Assembly: GCA_963804885.1 (NCBI GenBank)
Contig: CAWDSF010000019.1
Span: 19,215 to 83,214, forward strand
Direction: 5' to 3'
Length of the DNA stretch: 64,000 nt
Origin: an uncultured beta proteobacterium
GTDB lineage: Bacteria > Pseudomonadota > Gammaproteobacteria > Burkholderiales > SG8-41
In this document: piece after piece, positions 20,169 to 29,739 of the stretch
Layout of the letters: each line of letters starts with the position of its first letter
Numbering within the stretch: position 1 is the first letter of the stretch
Notes under the pieces: model-generated
Told to the model about the DNA's origin: nothing
What the model saw: only the letters and a program-made list of their open reading frames with translations
The model's database searches: none
Program-made: the position numbers and the translations under genes

Positions 20169-21701
20169 TCAGCGCGCCGGGTTGCGCCCGTCGGTGAACG
20201 CCGTGGCCGGCGGCCCCGGCATAGGCACATCTTCGACCGGTGCGACCGCGACCGGAACGCTTTCTGGCTTGCGCGGCAGGTTCGGCCGCCGCCGGCCGAT
20301 GCCGAGAAAGTCCTGGAACACCGGATTGGCGCGCAGCGCGTCGTGGCCGGCCTCGATCACGAAATCGACCTGGTCGGCCGGCAGCTTGAAGCGCGTGTCC
20401 ACGGCGTTGAGCGCCTTGGCGCGCTCGCCACCGAGCTGATCGAAGGCGACGCGGTTGACGGTGATCTTGAGGTCGCGGCAATTCCAGTTCTCCGGCGCCC
20501 GCGCGCGCTTGCGCAGCTCGGGCGACAGCCCGCAGCGCCAACGGATCAGCTCGGCCTGCCAGTCGCGCATGGTGCGATCGAACGCCGTGAAGCCGGCGTT
20601 GACGCTGGCCGCGACCGCGGTATCGGCCGCCGCCATCACCAGTTCGGTGCCGGTTGGCCCCTCCACGGTCTTGACCCAGTCGCCGGCCGGTCCGCGGCCG
20701 GCGTCGACGATGATGACGATCATCTTGCGAAGCTTGACCGCCTGCTCGGGCGACATCGGCTCGAACGGCTGGCGTGCCGACAGCCGCGCGATGGTGAAGC
20801 CCGACAGGCCGAAGTTATCGACCAGCCCGCCGTCCAGCAGCTTGACGTAGGCGACCGAGCCCTCGTGATAGCGGTACAGCGCGTCGGCAAAATGCTTGAG
20901 CATCGGCGCGGCGTTCGGGTCGGTGCGCGCACGCTCGACCCATTCCGGCGGCTTGTCGACGCATTGCCGCGGATACGCCTTGATCACCACCGGGGTAAAC
21001 ACGATCGGCACCGCGGCCGAGGCCGCGACCGCGTCGGCCACCGGATATTGCGCGAGATCGCTGCACAGCGCGATGAACGCCGCCTCGCCGAACACGAAGG
21101 CGGTGCGGTTGTAGATGTCGGAGGCGTTGATCCAGATGCGTGGTCCCGGCGTCTTGCGGAAATCCGCGAAGGTTGCGCCGTCGTAGAGGTTCTTGCTCAG
21201 CCAGCCGGAGAACTTGCTGGCGTCGTTGACGCCGCCGCCCAGCGCTTTGACCAGGTTGATGCCGTCGATGCTGGTCGAGAGGTTTTCCTCGGCGTTGCGC
21301 AGCAGGAAGCGCTCGCGGAAGTCGTCGAGCGCAGCGCGCTTCTTGAGGCCGTAATAGGCGGTCAGCACCGAGCCGCCGGACACGCCTGACACGAACGCCA
21401 CGCGGTCGAGCAGCGAATGCGTGCCGGTGCGGCTCGACATCCGCGTCCGGTCAAGCTCCTGCAATACGCCGAACGAAAACGCCGCCGCGCGGGTGCCGCC
21501 GCCGGAAAGGGCGAGTCCGACAAGCACGTCGTCGGCTTCGGTCGGATTGGTGCGGCCGGCCGCGAACGCGTCCTCGGCCTTGCCGTCGATCGGTAGATTG
21601 AGCGGCGCGTCGCGTGTGCCAAAAGAGCCGCAGCCCGCGAGGCACATCGCGAGCGCAACGGCGGACGCAACCGTCCGAACGAGCGGTCTTCGCCGGGTCA
21701 A
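20169..21701 (-). CDS. Patatin-like phospholipase, probable lipoprotein
   Basis: Intact 510-aa ORF with lipobox LAGC, oxyanion motif GLALSGGGTRAAAF, nucleophile GVSGGS and catalytic DGGLVDNFG. Confidence 0.85.
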   Translation of the reverse strand: MTRRRPLVRTVASAVALAMCLAGCGSFGTRDAPLNLPIDGKAEDAFAAGRTNPTEADDVLVGLALSGGGTRAAAFSFGVLQELDRTRMSSRTGTHSLLDRVAFVSGVSGGSVLTAYYGLKKRAALDDFRERFLLRNAEENLSTSIDGINLVKALGGGVNDASKFSGWLSKNLYDGATFADFRKTPGPRIWINASDIYNRTAFVFGEAAFIALCSDLAQYPVADAVAASAAVPIVFTPVVIKAYPRQCVDKPPEWVERARTDPNAAPMLKHFADALYRYHEGSVAYVKLLDGGLVDNFGLSGFTIARLSARQPFEPMSPEQAVKLRKMIVIIVDAGRGPAGDWVKTVEGPTGTELVMAAADTAVAASVNAGFTAFDRTMRDWQAELIRWRCGLSPELRKRARAPENWNCRDLKITVNRVAFDQLGGERAKALNAVDTRFKLPADQVDFVIEAGHDALRANPVFQDFLGIGRRRPNLPRKPESVPVAVAPVEDVPMPGPPATAFTDGRNPAR

Positions 21702-21850
21702 TACGCAACCCCCAGGGGTCCCGAACCGGCCCCCTAGAGGGTCTTAACGCCCTCTTAACGACTCTTATCGGCGCCGCCGCGCGATTTCGTCAACAGCAAA
21801 AAACTCATTCACCAAGAATGGTTTACGCGTTCCATCCGGCCACAATGTGG

Positions 21851-22150
21851 TTAACGGCCGGGTTCCTGGAGCAAAGTGCGGGCGATTGCCTGCCATTCGT
21901 CCTCGATCGGCCCGGTTGCGGGCTTTTGCCGCGCCTTGCGGTACCAATAGCCGGCGTTGCCGTCGTCGCCCTCGCGCCGGTGCAGATAGGCATGGACCAG
22001 CGCCGCCTCGCGCGACGGCTCGTCCATGACGGCGCGGTGCGCCTTGTCCCAGTCGCCTTTGCCGGCCCACCATAGGCCGTGAAGCGCGGCCGACAGCGCC
22101 TTGGGCGGAACCGCCTGCGCCAGGCTGCGCTTGAACGCCGCGGGAGTCAC
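21851..22150 (-). CDS. Hypothetical 99-aa protein immediately downstream of gatA
   Basis: GTG lies 2 nt after the gatA stop, in the frame of ORF 21851-22642: [12 protein letters not shown]...[17 protein letters not shown]...[21 protein letters not shown]. Composition looks protein-like, but I do not recognise the family. Confidence 0.5.
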   Translation of the reverse strand: MTPAAFKRSLAQAVPPKALSAALHGLWWAGKGDWDKAHRAVMDEPSREAALVHAYLHRREGDDGNAGYWYRKARQKPATGPIEDEWQAIARTLLQEPGR

Positions 22151-22152
22151 GT

Positions 22153-23638
22153 TCACGCCCACCAGGGCTCCGGCGAAAACCGCCCGGCGGCGTCCTCGAT
22201 CACCTGGCCGAGCGAGAACAGCGTCGCCTCGTCGAACGGCCGGCCGATCAGCTGCAAGCCGAGCGGCAGGCCCTGCGCGTCGAGGCCCGCCGGCACCGCA
22301 ATGCCCGGCAGGCCCGCCATGTTCACCGTCACCGTGAACACGTCGTTGAGATACATCTCGATCGGATCGGCCTGGCCCTTCTCGCCGATGCCGAAGGCGG
22401 CCGACGGCGTCGCCGGCGTCAGCATGGCGTCGATGCCGCTGCTGAAAGCAGTCCTCGAAGTCCTGCTTGATCAGCGTGCGGACCTTCTGCGCCCGCACGT
22501 AATAGGCGTCGTAGTAGCCGGCCGACAGCACATAGGTGCCGATCATGATGCGCCGGCGCACCTCCTTGCCGAAGCCGTCGGCGCGGGTCTTCTCGTACAT
22601 GCCGGTGACGTCGCGGCCGGGCACGCGCAGCCCGTAGCGCACGCCGTCGTAGCGCGCGAGATTGGACGAGGCCTCGGCCGGCGTTGACGATGTAATAGGC
22701 CGGCAGCGCGTATTTGGTGTGCGGCAGCGACACCTCGACGAGCTCGGCGCCGGCCGCTTTCAGCCACGCCCGCCCCTGCTCCCAGAGCTTCTCGATCTCG
22801 GGCGACATGCCGTCGACCCGGTACTCCTTCGGGATGCCGATCTTCATGCCCTTCACCGACTGGCCGATCGCGGCCTCGTAGTCCGGCACCGGCACATCGG
22901 CCGAGGTCGTGTCCTTGGCATCGTGGCCGGCCATCGAGCGCAGCAGGATCGCGGCGTCGCGCACCGTGCGCGCGAACGGCCCGGCCTGGTCGAGCGAGGA
23001 CGCGAACGCGACGATCCCCCAGCGCGAGCAGCGGCCGTAGGTCGGCTTGAGGCCGACGATGCCGGTGAACGCCGCGGGCTGGCGGATCGAGCCGCCGGTG
23101 TCGGTGCCGGTTGCGCCGAGCGCACAGATGCGCCGCGACCGCCGCTGCCGAGCCGCCCGACGAGCCGCCCGGCACCAGCGGCGTGTTCGCGCCCTTGCGT
23201 CGCCACGGCGAGATCACCGGTCCCATGAACGAGGTCTCGTTCGAGGAGCCCATGGCGAATTCGTCGTTGTTGGTCTTGCCGAGCAGGACCGCGCCGTCGC
23301 GCCACAGGTTCGCCGTCACCGTCGAACTCGTAGGTCGGCACGAAATTGTCGAGGATGTGCGAGCAGGCGGTGGTGCGCACGCCCTCGGTGCAGAACATGT
23401 CCTTGACGGCGAGCGGGATGCCTTCGAGCGGACCGGCGTCGCCCTTGACGATGCGCGCGTCGCGACGCCTTCGCCATCGCGCAGCGCCCGCTCCGGCGTC
23501 TCCAGCACATAGGCGTTGAGCGCGCGCGCCTTCTCGATTGCGGCACTGTGCGCGTCGGCCAGCTCGACGGCGGAGAATTTCTTTGGTTTTCAGGCCCGCG
23601 CGCGCGTCGGCGAGCGTGAGCGCAATCAGTTCGTTCAT
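22153..23638 (-). pseudogene. gatA: Asp-tRNA(Asn)/Glu-tRNA(Gln) amidotransferase subunit A; seven frame changes as written
   Basis: [16 protein letters not shown] starts at 23638. Pieces lie in ORFs 22853-23653 ([23 protein letters not shown]), 22543-23508 ([15 protein letters not shown]...[14 protein letters not shown]), 22419-22964 (LLRSMAGHD...LPAYYIV), 21851-22642 (RYGLRVPG...[15 protein letters not shown]) and 22153-22425 (...[14 protein letters not shown]...EPWWA). Confidence 0.9.
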
Positions 23639-23857
23639 TCCGGATCGTCGCACACGAAGCCGGGCTTCGCCGCGATCTTGCCGGACTTCACCGCGACCTC
23701 GGCGGGCTGCGTCGCGGCGGCGCCGGCCGGCGTCGCGTCATCGCGCTCGCGGGATCAGCGTCACCTCGCACTGCCACGGCTGCGCCTTGCGCTTTTCTTC
23801 CTCGAGCGCGTCGAGATAGGCGTAGTAGAGCTCCATCTCCTGGCAGGCTAGGCACAT
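23635..23857 (-). pseudogene. Small four-Cys ORF between gatC and gatA (about 73 codons after repairing one frame change)
   Basis: Hand translation gives MCLACQEMELYYAYLDALEEEKRKAQPWQCEVTLIP, then after a 1-nt shift near 23745 REР[38 protein letters not shown]. The second part has almost only G/C at third codon positions. Its TGA overlaps the gatA ATG (ATGA). Confidence 0.45.
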
Positions 23858-23910
23858 CGTCGCTATCCGTTCCGGCTGTTCGGCCCTGGCATTATCGGAG
23901 ACTCCGTCCG

Positions 23911-24198
23911 CTACTCCACCACCTTCGGAACAACAAAATAATTGCCTTCGCGGGCCGGCGCGTTGCGCAGCACCGCGTCGGCGTCGCCACCGTCGGTGAC
24001 CACGTCGGGACGCTTCTTCATCGCCATCGGCGTCACCGAGGTCATTGGCTCGACGCCCGCGACGTCGACCTCGGACAATTGCTCGACGAAGGCCAGGATG
24101 GCGTTGAGCTCGCCGCGCAGCGGCTCGACCTCGTCCTCGGCAACCGCCATCCGCGCCAGATGGGCGATGCGGCGGACGGTGTCGGCATCAACGGACAT
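23911..24198 (-). CDS. gatC: Asp-tRNA(Asn)/Glu-tRNA(Gln) amidotransferase subunit C
   Basis: Intact 95-aa ORF: [19 protein letters not shown]...[23 protein letters not shown]... Confidence 0.95.
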   Translation of the reverse strand: MSVDADTVRRIAHLARMAVAEDEVEPLRGELNAILAFVEQLSEVDVAGVEPMTSVTPMAMKKRPDVVTDGGDADAVLRNAPAREGNYFVVPKVVE

Positions 24199-24221
24199 GG
24201 ACGGCTCTTGGCGGGCTCTGG

Positions 24222-25371
24222 CTAGGTTCGCAGGCGGCTATAGCAAAGCCCGGCGGGCCCCGGCAACATCGACCGTTGGCGACCAGCCCCTGCCCTACCC
24301 GGCCATCCGGCCATCAGCGCCTGCGCGTCCGCGGCGAGCTTCGCCGTCAACCCGCGCGCCGGCATGGCGCGGCCCAAGGCCGCCGCCTGGCCAGACCACA
24401 GCGGCGAGAAGTCGCCCGAGCCCGCCGCCTCGGCCTTGGCGCGCAGCGGCAGCAGCGCGCCGGTCGCAAGCGGAAAATCCGGCGCGATCGCGCTGATCGG
24501 CCCGACCTCACGGATCACGCGGTTGCGGATGCCGCGCGCCGGCCGCCCGGTGATGACGTTGGTGAGGACGGTGCCGTCGTCGGTCGAGCGCTGCAGGGCT
24601 TCGCGGTGCGGCGCCGAAATCTTCGATTCCGGACAATGCAGATAGGCGCTGCCGACCTGCACGCCGGCGGCGCCGAGCATGAACGCCGCCGCGATGCCGC
24701 GCGCGTCGCTGACCGCGCCCGAGGCGATCACCGGCAGCGGCACCGCATCGACGATCTGCGGAACCAGCGCGAAGGTGCCGACCTGGCTTGCCAGGTCGTC
24801 GCCTAAGAACATGCCGCGATGGCCGCCGGCCTCGACGCCCTGGGCGATCACCGCGTCGACGCCGCGCTCGGCAAGCCAGCGCGCCTCCGCGACCGTCGTG
24901 GCCGAGCTGATGACGCGACAGCCGGCGTCTTTGACGCGGCGCAGCAGCGGCGCCTCGGGCAATCCGAAATGAAAGCTGACGATCTCGGGCTTGATGTCTT
25001 CGACCACCTCGCAGAAGGCTATGTCGAACGGGGCGCGGTTGCTGTTTGGAATAGGCGCGGCCGGATCGACCGCAAGCTCGACGTAATAGGGCTTGAGCCG
25101 TTCGCGCCAGGCGTGCTCGCGCGCGTTGTTGGGCACCGGCGGCGTGTGGCAGAAGAAAGTTGACGTTGACCGGCTTGCCGGCACGCGCACGGAATTGCGC
25201 GACCTGCTCGCGCAAGCGCTCAGGCGTGAGCATCGCGCACGGCAGGGAGCCGAGGCCGCCGCCTTGCGCGACCGCAACGGCAAGCTCGACATCCATCGCG
25301 CCCGCCATCGGCGCCAGCACGATCGGATGCTCGATCTTGAACAAGTCCATCAAGCGATGATCCGGCCACAT
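24222..25371 (-). pseudogene. Nitronate monooxygenase (2-nitropropane dioxygenase family); one frame change, 3' end uncertain
   Basis: MWPDHRLMDLFKIEHPIVLAPMAGA... lies in ORF 24508-25437. The rest is in ORF 24222-25292 (VIAQGVEAGGHRG, PVIASGAVSDARGIAAAFMLGAAGVQVGSAYL). The frame change is near 25150. The Arg/Gly-rich last 25 or so codons may be read-through. Confidence 0.82.
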
Positions 25372-25525
25372 GGTCCGATCCTTTGGGCTGCGCTGCGAAT
25401 GCAATCCGCTATAGCACCGCGCATTGGCGCGCCGCATTCGCGATTGCCAGAGCCAGCCTTCTCACACCAAAGAGGGCTTATGAAGGCGGTTGAATTGCTG
25501 CAGAGTTCAGCCGATATAGACAGCT

Positions 25526-26407
25526 ATGGATGCGCCCAATCCATCCGCCACGCCCACCTTCGCCAGCCGTACGCCGCTGCGCATTGGCGGCATCGGCCTG
25601 ATCGCGCGCGACCTCGAGCGGCTGACCACTTACTATCGCGATCTCCTGGGGCTGACGGTGCAGGAGCGCAGCGACCGCAAGGCGCGGCTCGGCACCGGCG
25701 GCGTGACGCTGATCGAGATCGAGCACCGGCCGGACGCCAAGCCCGACGATCCGGCGACCGCCGGCCTTTACCACACCGCGTTCCTGATGCCGACGCGGGC
25801 CGACCACGCGCGTTGGATCCATCACATCGGACGGAACCGCGTGCCGATCAGCGGTGCGTCCGACCACGGCGTCAGCGAGGCGTTTTACCTGGACGACCCC
25901 GAGGGCAACGGCATCGAGGTCTACAACGACCGGCCGCGCGAACGCTGGCAGCGCGAGGACGGACTGATCGTGATGCCGACCAAGCAACTCGACGTCGAGG
26001 CGATCCTGCGCGAGGTCGACCCGGCGAACGCCAGTTATCCGGCGGCGCCCGAGGGCTTGCGCATCGGGCACATCCATCTGCGGGTCGGCGACGTCGACAG
26101 GGCCGAGGAGTTCTATCGCGGCGCGGTCGGTCTCGACCTGACGCGGCGCCGCGGCGGCGCGACCTTCATGTCGTCGGGCGGCTATCACCACCACGTCGGC
26201 GCCAACGTCTGGCACAGCGAGCGCGCCGGCCTGCGCGATCCCGATCGCACAGGCCTCGCTTGGTTTTCGATCGAGACCGCGGATCAGAGCGAACTCGACG
26301 CTGTCGGCACGCGCCTAAAGGCGGCGCACGCCCCGATCAAGGCCAGCGGCGACGCCATCGAGAGCGCCGACCCCTGGGGCACCCGCATCCGCTTCGCGGC
26401 GCCCTGA
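25526..26407 (+). CDS. Two-domain VOC family protein (glyoxalase / extradiol dioxygenase-like)
   Basis: Intact 293-aa ORF with two repeated modules: IGGIGLIARDLERLTTYYRDLLGL...LYHTAF and IGHIHLRVGDVDRAEEFYRGAVGL...GGYHHHVGAN. Confidence 0.8.
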   Translation: MDAPNPSATPTFASRTPLRIGGIGLIARDLERLTTYYRDLLGLTVQERSDRKARLGTGGVTLIEIEHRPDAKPDDPATAGLYHTAFLMPTRADHARWIHHIGRNRVPISGASDHGVSEAFYLDDPEGNGIEVYNDRPRERWQREDGLIVMPTKQLDVEAILREVDPANASYPAAPEGLRIGHIHLRVGDVDRAEEFYRGAVGLDLTRRRGGATFMSSGGYHHHVGANVWHSERAGLRDPDRTGLAWFSIETADQSELDAVGTRLKAAHAPIKASGDAIESADPWGTRIRFAAP

Positions 26408-26414
26408 TTGATCG

Positions 26415-26786
26415 TTACTTCATCACCTGGCCCATGCCGCGAATGCGACGGGCCATCGCGCTCATGATGTATTGAGCGAAGTTCGGCACTTCATCCACCA
26501 TGAATCGGAACGTGCGCGCGTCGATCACCGACAGCTCGCAGGTTTCTTTCACACGCGCGGTCGAGCTGCGCGGCGCGCCATCGACCATGGACATGAAGCC
26601 GAGCACCTCGTTCGCACCCACGGTCTCGATCACCTTGTCGCCCAGCACCATCTCGACGACGCCGGATTGCACGATATACATGCAGTTGCCGGCATCGCCC
26701 TTGTTGAACACCACGCTGCGGGCCGCGAAGGTCAACGTCGGACCGGCGCTGCGCGCGAACTGGCGCATGTCGATGTCTTGAGCCAT
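26415..26786 (-). CDS. Stand-alone cyclic-nucleotide-binding (CAP effector) domain protein
   Basis: Intact 123-aa ORF. FNKGDAGNCMYIVQSGVVEM...GANEVLGFMSMVDGAPRSSTARV matches the cNMP-binding beta-barrel pattern. No DNA-binding or enzymatic domain follows. Confidence 0.8.
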   Translation of the reverse strand: MAQDIDMRQFARSAGPTLTFAARSVVFNKGDAGNCMYIVQSGVVEMVLGDKVIETVGANEVLGFMSMVDGAPRSSTARVKETCELSVIDARTFRFMVDEVPNFAQYIMSAMARRIRGMGQVMK

Positions 26787-26868
26787 CGGCCTGTTATAGA
26801 TTGCAGCGGGCGCCGATCAACAGGCTCCGTGGTTTGACGCGGTGGATAATCGGCCCGACATTGAGCGC

Positions 26869-27339
26869 ATGCCCGCAGCGATCCTGAATGTCTCCGAACT
26901 GCCGCTGCCGCCGCGCGGCGTGCTGATCGGCCTCGATCTCGGCAGCAAGACCATTGGGGTCGCGACCTCGGATGCCGACCGCCGCCTCGCGACCGGGGTC
27001 GAGACCATCGCTCGCACGACGTTCTCGGCCGACGCCAAGCGCCTGCTTGCGCTTGCAGGCGAACGCGGCTGCGTCGGCTTTGTGCTGGGATTGCCGCTCA
27101 ACATGGACGGCAGCGAAGGGCCGCGGGCGCAATCGGCCCGCGCCTTTGCGCGCAATCTGGGCAAGCTCACGCCGCTGCCGATCGCGCTGTGGGACGAGCG
27201 GCTCTCCACCGTCGCGGTCGAACGCGAATTGATCGAGGCCGACGTCAGCCGCAAGAAACGCGCCGCGGTGATCGACCAGCACGCCGCGGCCTTCATCCTG
27301 CAAGGCGCGCTCGATCGCCTGCAACATTTGAAAAAATGA
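26869..27339 (+). CDS. ruvX: Holliday junction resolvase-like protein RuvX (YqgF)
   Basis: Intact. LIGLDLGSKTIGVATSD ... GFVLGLPLNMDGSEGP ... DERLSTV ... IDQHAAAFILQ. Start chosen at MPAAILNV; the ORF-track start at 26842 is an alternative. Confidence 0.9.
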   Translation: MPAAILNVSELPLPPRGVLIGLDLGSKTIGVATSDADRRLATGVETIARTTFSADAKRLLALAGERGCVGFVLGLPLNMDGSEGPRAQSARAFARNLGKLTPLPIALWDERLSTVAVERELIEADVSRKKRAAVIDQHAAAFILQGALDRLQHLKK

Positions 27340-27340
27340 A

Positions 27341-27360
27341 CGGCCGGCTTTCGCCGGCCG
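27341..27360. terminator. GC hairpin between convergent ruvX and the Gly/Tyr-rich gene
   Basis: cggccggc-tttc-gccggccg, directly after the ruvX stop (27337-27339). Confidence 0.5.
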
Positions 27361-27386
27361 CCCATTCGCTGTCGTTCGATGGCTGA

Positions 27387-27800
27387 TTAGTAGTCGCGGC
27401 CCTGCAGCGTGCGTTCACGCAACGGACCCGTGTAGTTGCTGTTGTAGCCGCCGTAGTTCGGGCTGTAGCGATAGTTGTCCGAATACGGATAGCTGTAGGT
27501 CGGCGCGGCGTAGACCGGCGCGCTGTAGACCGGAGCTGGCGCATACCCATAGCTGGAGCCGTAGGCGTAGCCCGGATCATACGCATAAGCGTCGTATCCG
27601 TAGCCGCCGTAGCCGCCGTAATACCCGCCGTAGTAGCCGCTGTTGGCCGCAACGGCCGCGCCGGCGATCGCCGCACCTGCCGCCAAGCCAATGCCCGCGG
27701 CGACCCACGGGCGGGAGCGCGCTTCGGACGCGGTCATCGAACCAAGCGCCAGAGCGCCGGCAACGCCCAACACGACGGCGGGCCTGATCAGGGTCTTCAT
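27387..27800 (-). CDS. Small exported Gly/Tyr-rich low-complexity protein with a glycine-zipper-like segment
   Basis: In-frame ATG at 27800 within ORF 27387-27845. Signal peptide MKTLIRPAVVLGVAGALALGSMTASEA, then AAGIGLAAGAAIAGAAVAA, then GYYGGYYGGYGGYGYDAYAYDPGYAYGSSYGY... Confidence 0.7.
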   Translation of the reverse strand: MKTLIRPAVVLGVAGALALGSMTASEARSRPWVAAGIGLAAGAAIAGAAVAANSGYYGGYYGGYGGYGYDAYAYDPGYAYGSSYGYAPAPVYSAPVYAAPTYSYPYSDNYRYSPNYGGYNSNYTGPLRERTLQGRDY

Positions 27801-27989
27801 GGCAGTCTCCTCGAGTTTGCTTCGCTTCGGGCGGCAACCGCCCACGCCCCGCGTGCCTGTTGGCCGCGAGTTCGTACCGTCAACGCCGGCTGCATGGCCT
27901 GGTTCCGGCGAAAACAGGGATCATGGCCGCCAAACGCCACCCATCCGGACACGATGCCGTGAGCGAATGCGGCGAAATTCTGCCGATCG

Positions 27990-29635
27990 CTATTCGGGCA
28001 GCGCGCGGTCGAGCAGCAGTGCGACGTCGCCGGCGTCGAGCGCGCTGGTTCCGTAACTGCCGCCGCGTCGTGCGGCGAGGCGCGTGCGCGCGAACAGCTC
28101 GGCCACACGCGGCGCGTAGCCTTGCAGCGCCGCGGCTGCAGCGAGCTGCGCCAGCCGTTCGACCGCGACGCGAGCGGTTGCCTCAGCCGCCGGATCGGTG
28201 AGGATTTTCCCGATCTCGTCGGCCGCCTCGGCTGCGCCCGGCAGGCCCTGGGCTTCGTGCGCCAACCCGGTGAGCGTGCCACGCGTAGCCTCAGCGTCGC
28301 GGCCCGCGGCGCGCAGCACGTCGAGGCACATCACGTTGCCCGAGCCTTCCCAGATCGCGTTGACCGGCGCCTCGCGATAAAGCCGCGCCAGCACGCCTCC
28401 TCGACGTAGCCGTTGCCGCCGAGGCACTCCATCGCCTCGTAGATGAAGCCCGGCGCGGTCTTGCAGACCCAGTATTTCACCGCCGGCGTGAGCAGCCGCG
28501 CGCGCGCCGCCTCCGCGGCTCGCGTCCGGCAAGATCGAACGAGCGGCACAGCCGCATCATCAGCGCGATCGCGCCCTCGACCTCGAGCGCCATGTCGGCG
28601 AGCACCGTGCGCATCATCGGCTGGTCGGCGAGCGGCTTCGGAACACGGTGCGATGGCGCGCATGGTGCAGCGCCTGCGCCAGCGCCATGCGCATCATGCC
28701 GGCCGACGAGATCACGCAGTCGAGGCGCGTCAGCTGCACCATCTCGATGATGGTGCGCACGCCGCGCGCCCTCCTCGCCGACGCGCCAGGCGAAGGCGTC
28801 GACGAACTCGACCTCGGACGAGGCGTTCGAGCGGTTGCCGAGCTTGTCCTTGAGCCGCTGGAAGCGCAGCCCGTTGACTGCCGCCGTCCGGCCGGAAGCG
28901 CGGCATCAGGAAGCAGGTCAGCCCGCCCGGCGCCTGCGCCAGCACCAGGAACGCGTCGCACATCGGCGCCGACATGAACCATTTGTGGCCGGTGATGCGG
29001 TAGCCGTCGCCCGCCGGCTCGGCGCTCGTGGTGTTGGCGCGCACGTCGGTGCCGCCCTGCTTCTCGGTCATGCCCATGCCGAGCGTGATGCCGATCTTCT
29101 CCCGCCAGGGCTGAAGCAACGGGTCGTAGTGCCGCGATAGGATCTTCGGCATCAGCTTGCGAGCAGCGCCGGCTCGGCCGCGAGCGCGCCGACCGCAGGC
29201 GCGCGTCATGGTGATCGGGCACATGTGCCCGTTCTCGACCTGCGCCACCATGTAGTAGCGCGCCGCGCGCGCGACCTCGGCCGGCGCCGGCGCGCTCGTC
29301 GCGTCGGCCTTCCAGGTCGAGGCATGCAGGCCGGCCGCGATGCTCTCGGCCATGAAGCGGTGATAGGCCGGATGGAACTCGACCTGTCGCGGCGGAAGCC
29401 CTTGGTGTCGAAGGTCTCAGCTTCGGCGGGTTCTCGTTGGCGAGCCGCGCCTGCTCGAACATCGCGGCCGTGCCCCAGTGCCGCCCGAAGGCCGACAGCG
29501 CCGCAGCCTCGCCGCCCGCCCCGTTGGCCGCGACCGCATCCTGCAGCGGCCGGTCGCGCGCGAACAGATCGACGTCCTCGAAGGGCGGCGACTGGTTGAA
29601 CACCGTCGTGGGTGTCGAAGCGCGGCTGCCGTCAT
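27990..29635 (-). pseudogene. AidB-like acyl-CoA dehydrogenase family protein; many frame changes
   Basis: MTAAALRHP (ORF 29417-29635), then [25 protein letters not shown] (ORF 28614-29762), GMGMTEKQGGTDVRANTT...ITGHKWFMSAPMCDAFLVLAQ (28730-29353), KYWVCKTAPGFIYEAMECLGGNGYVEE (28331-28663) and APVNAIWEGSGNVMCLDVLR through the stop (27990-28532). Confidence 0.85.
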
Positions 29636-29739
29636 CGGGTTCCCCTGCCGCGCAACCTACCACGCCGCCATCGGCTGTGGACCGGCGCGCCGTGCGGCCT
29701 TGCCGCGGCCGCCCGACTCCGCCTATAGGGGTCGCTTTA

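Noticed and set aside
20169-21701. Patatin-like phospholipase as a CBASS-type or other defence effector
   Set aside because: The protein has a lipoprotein signal and no sensor domain. No cyclase, nucleotidyltransferase or other defence-associated partner gene is nearby.
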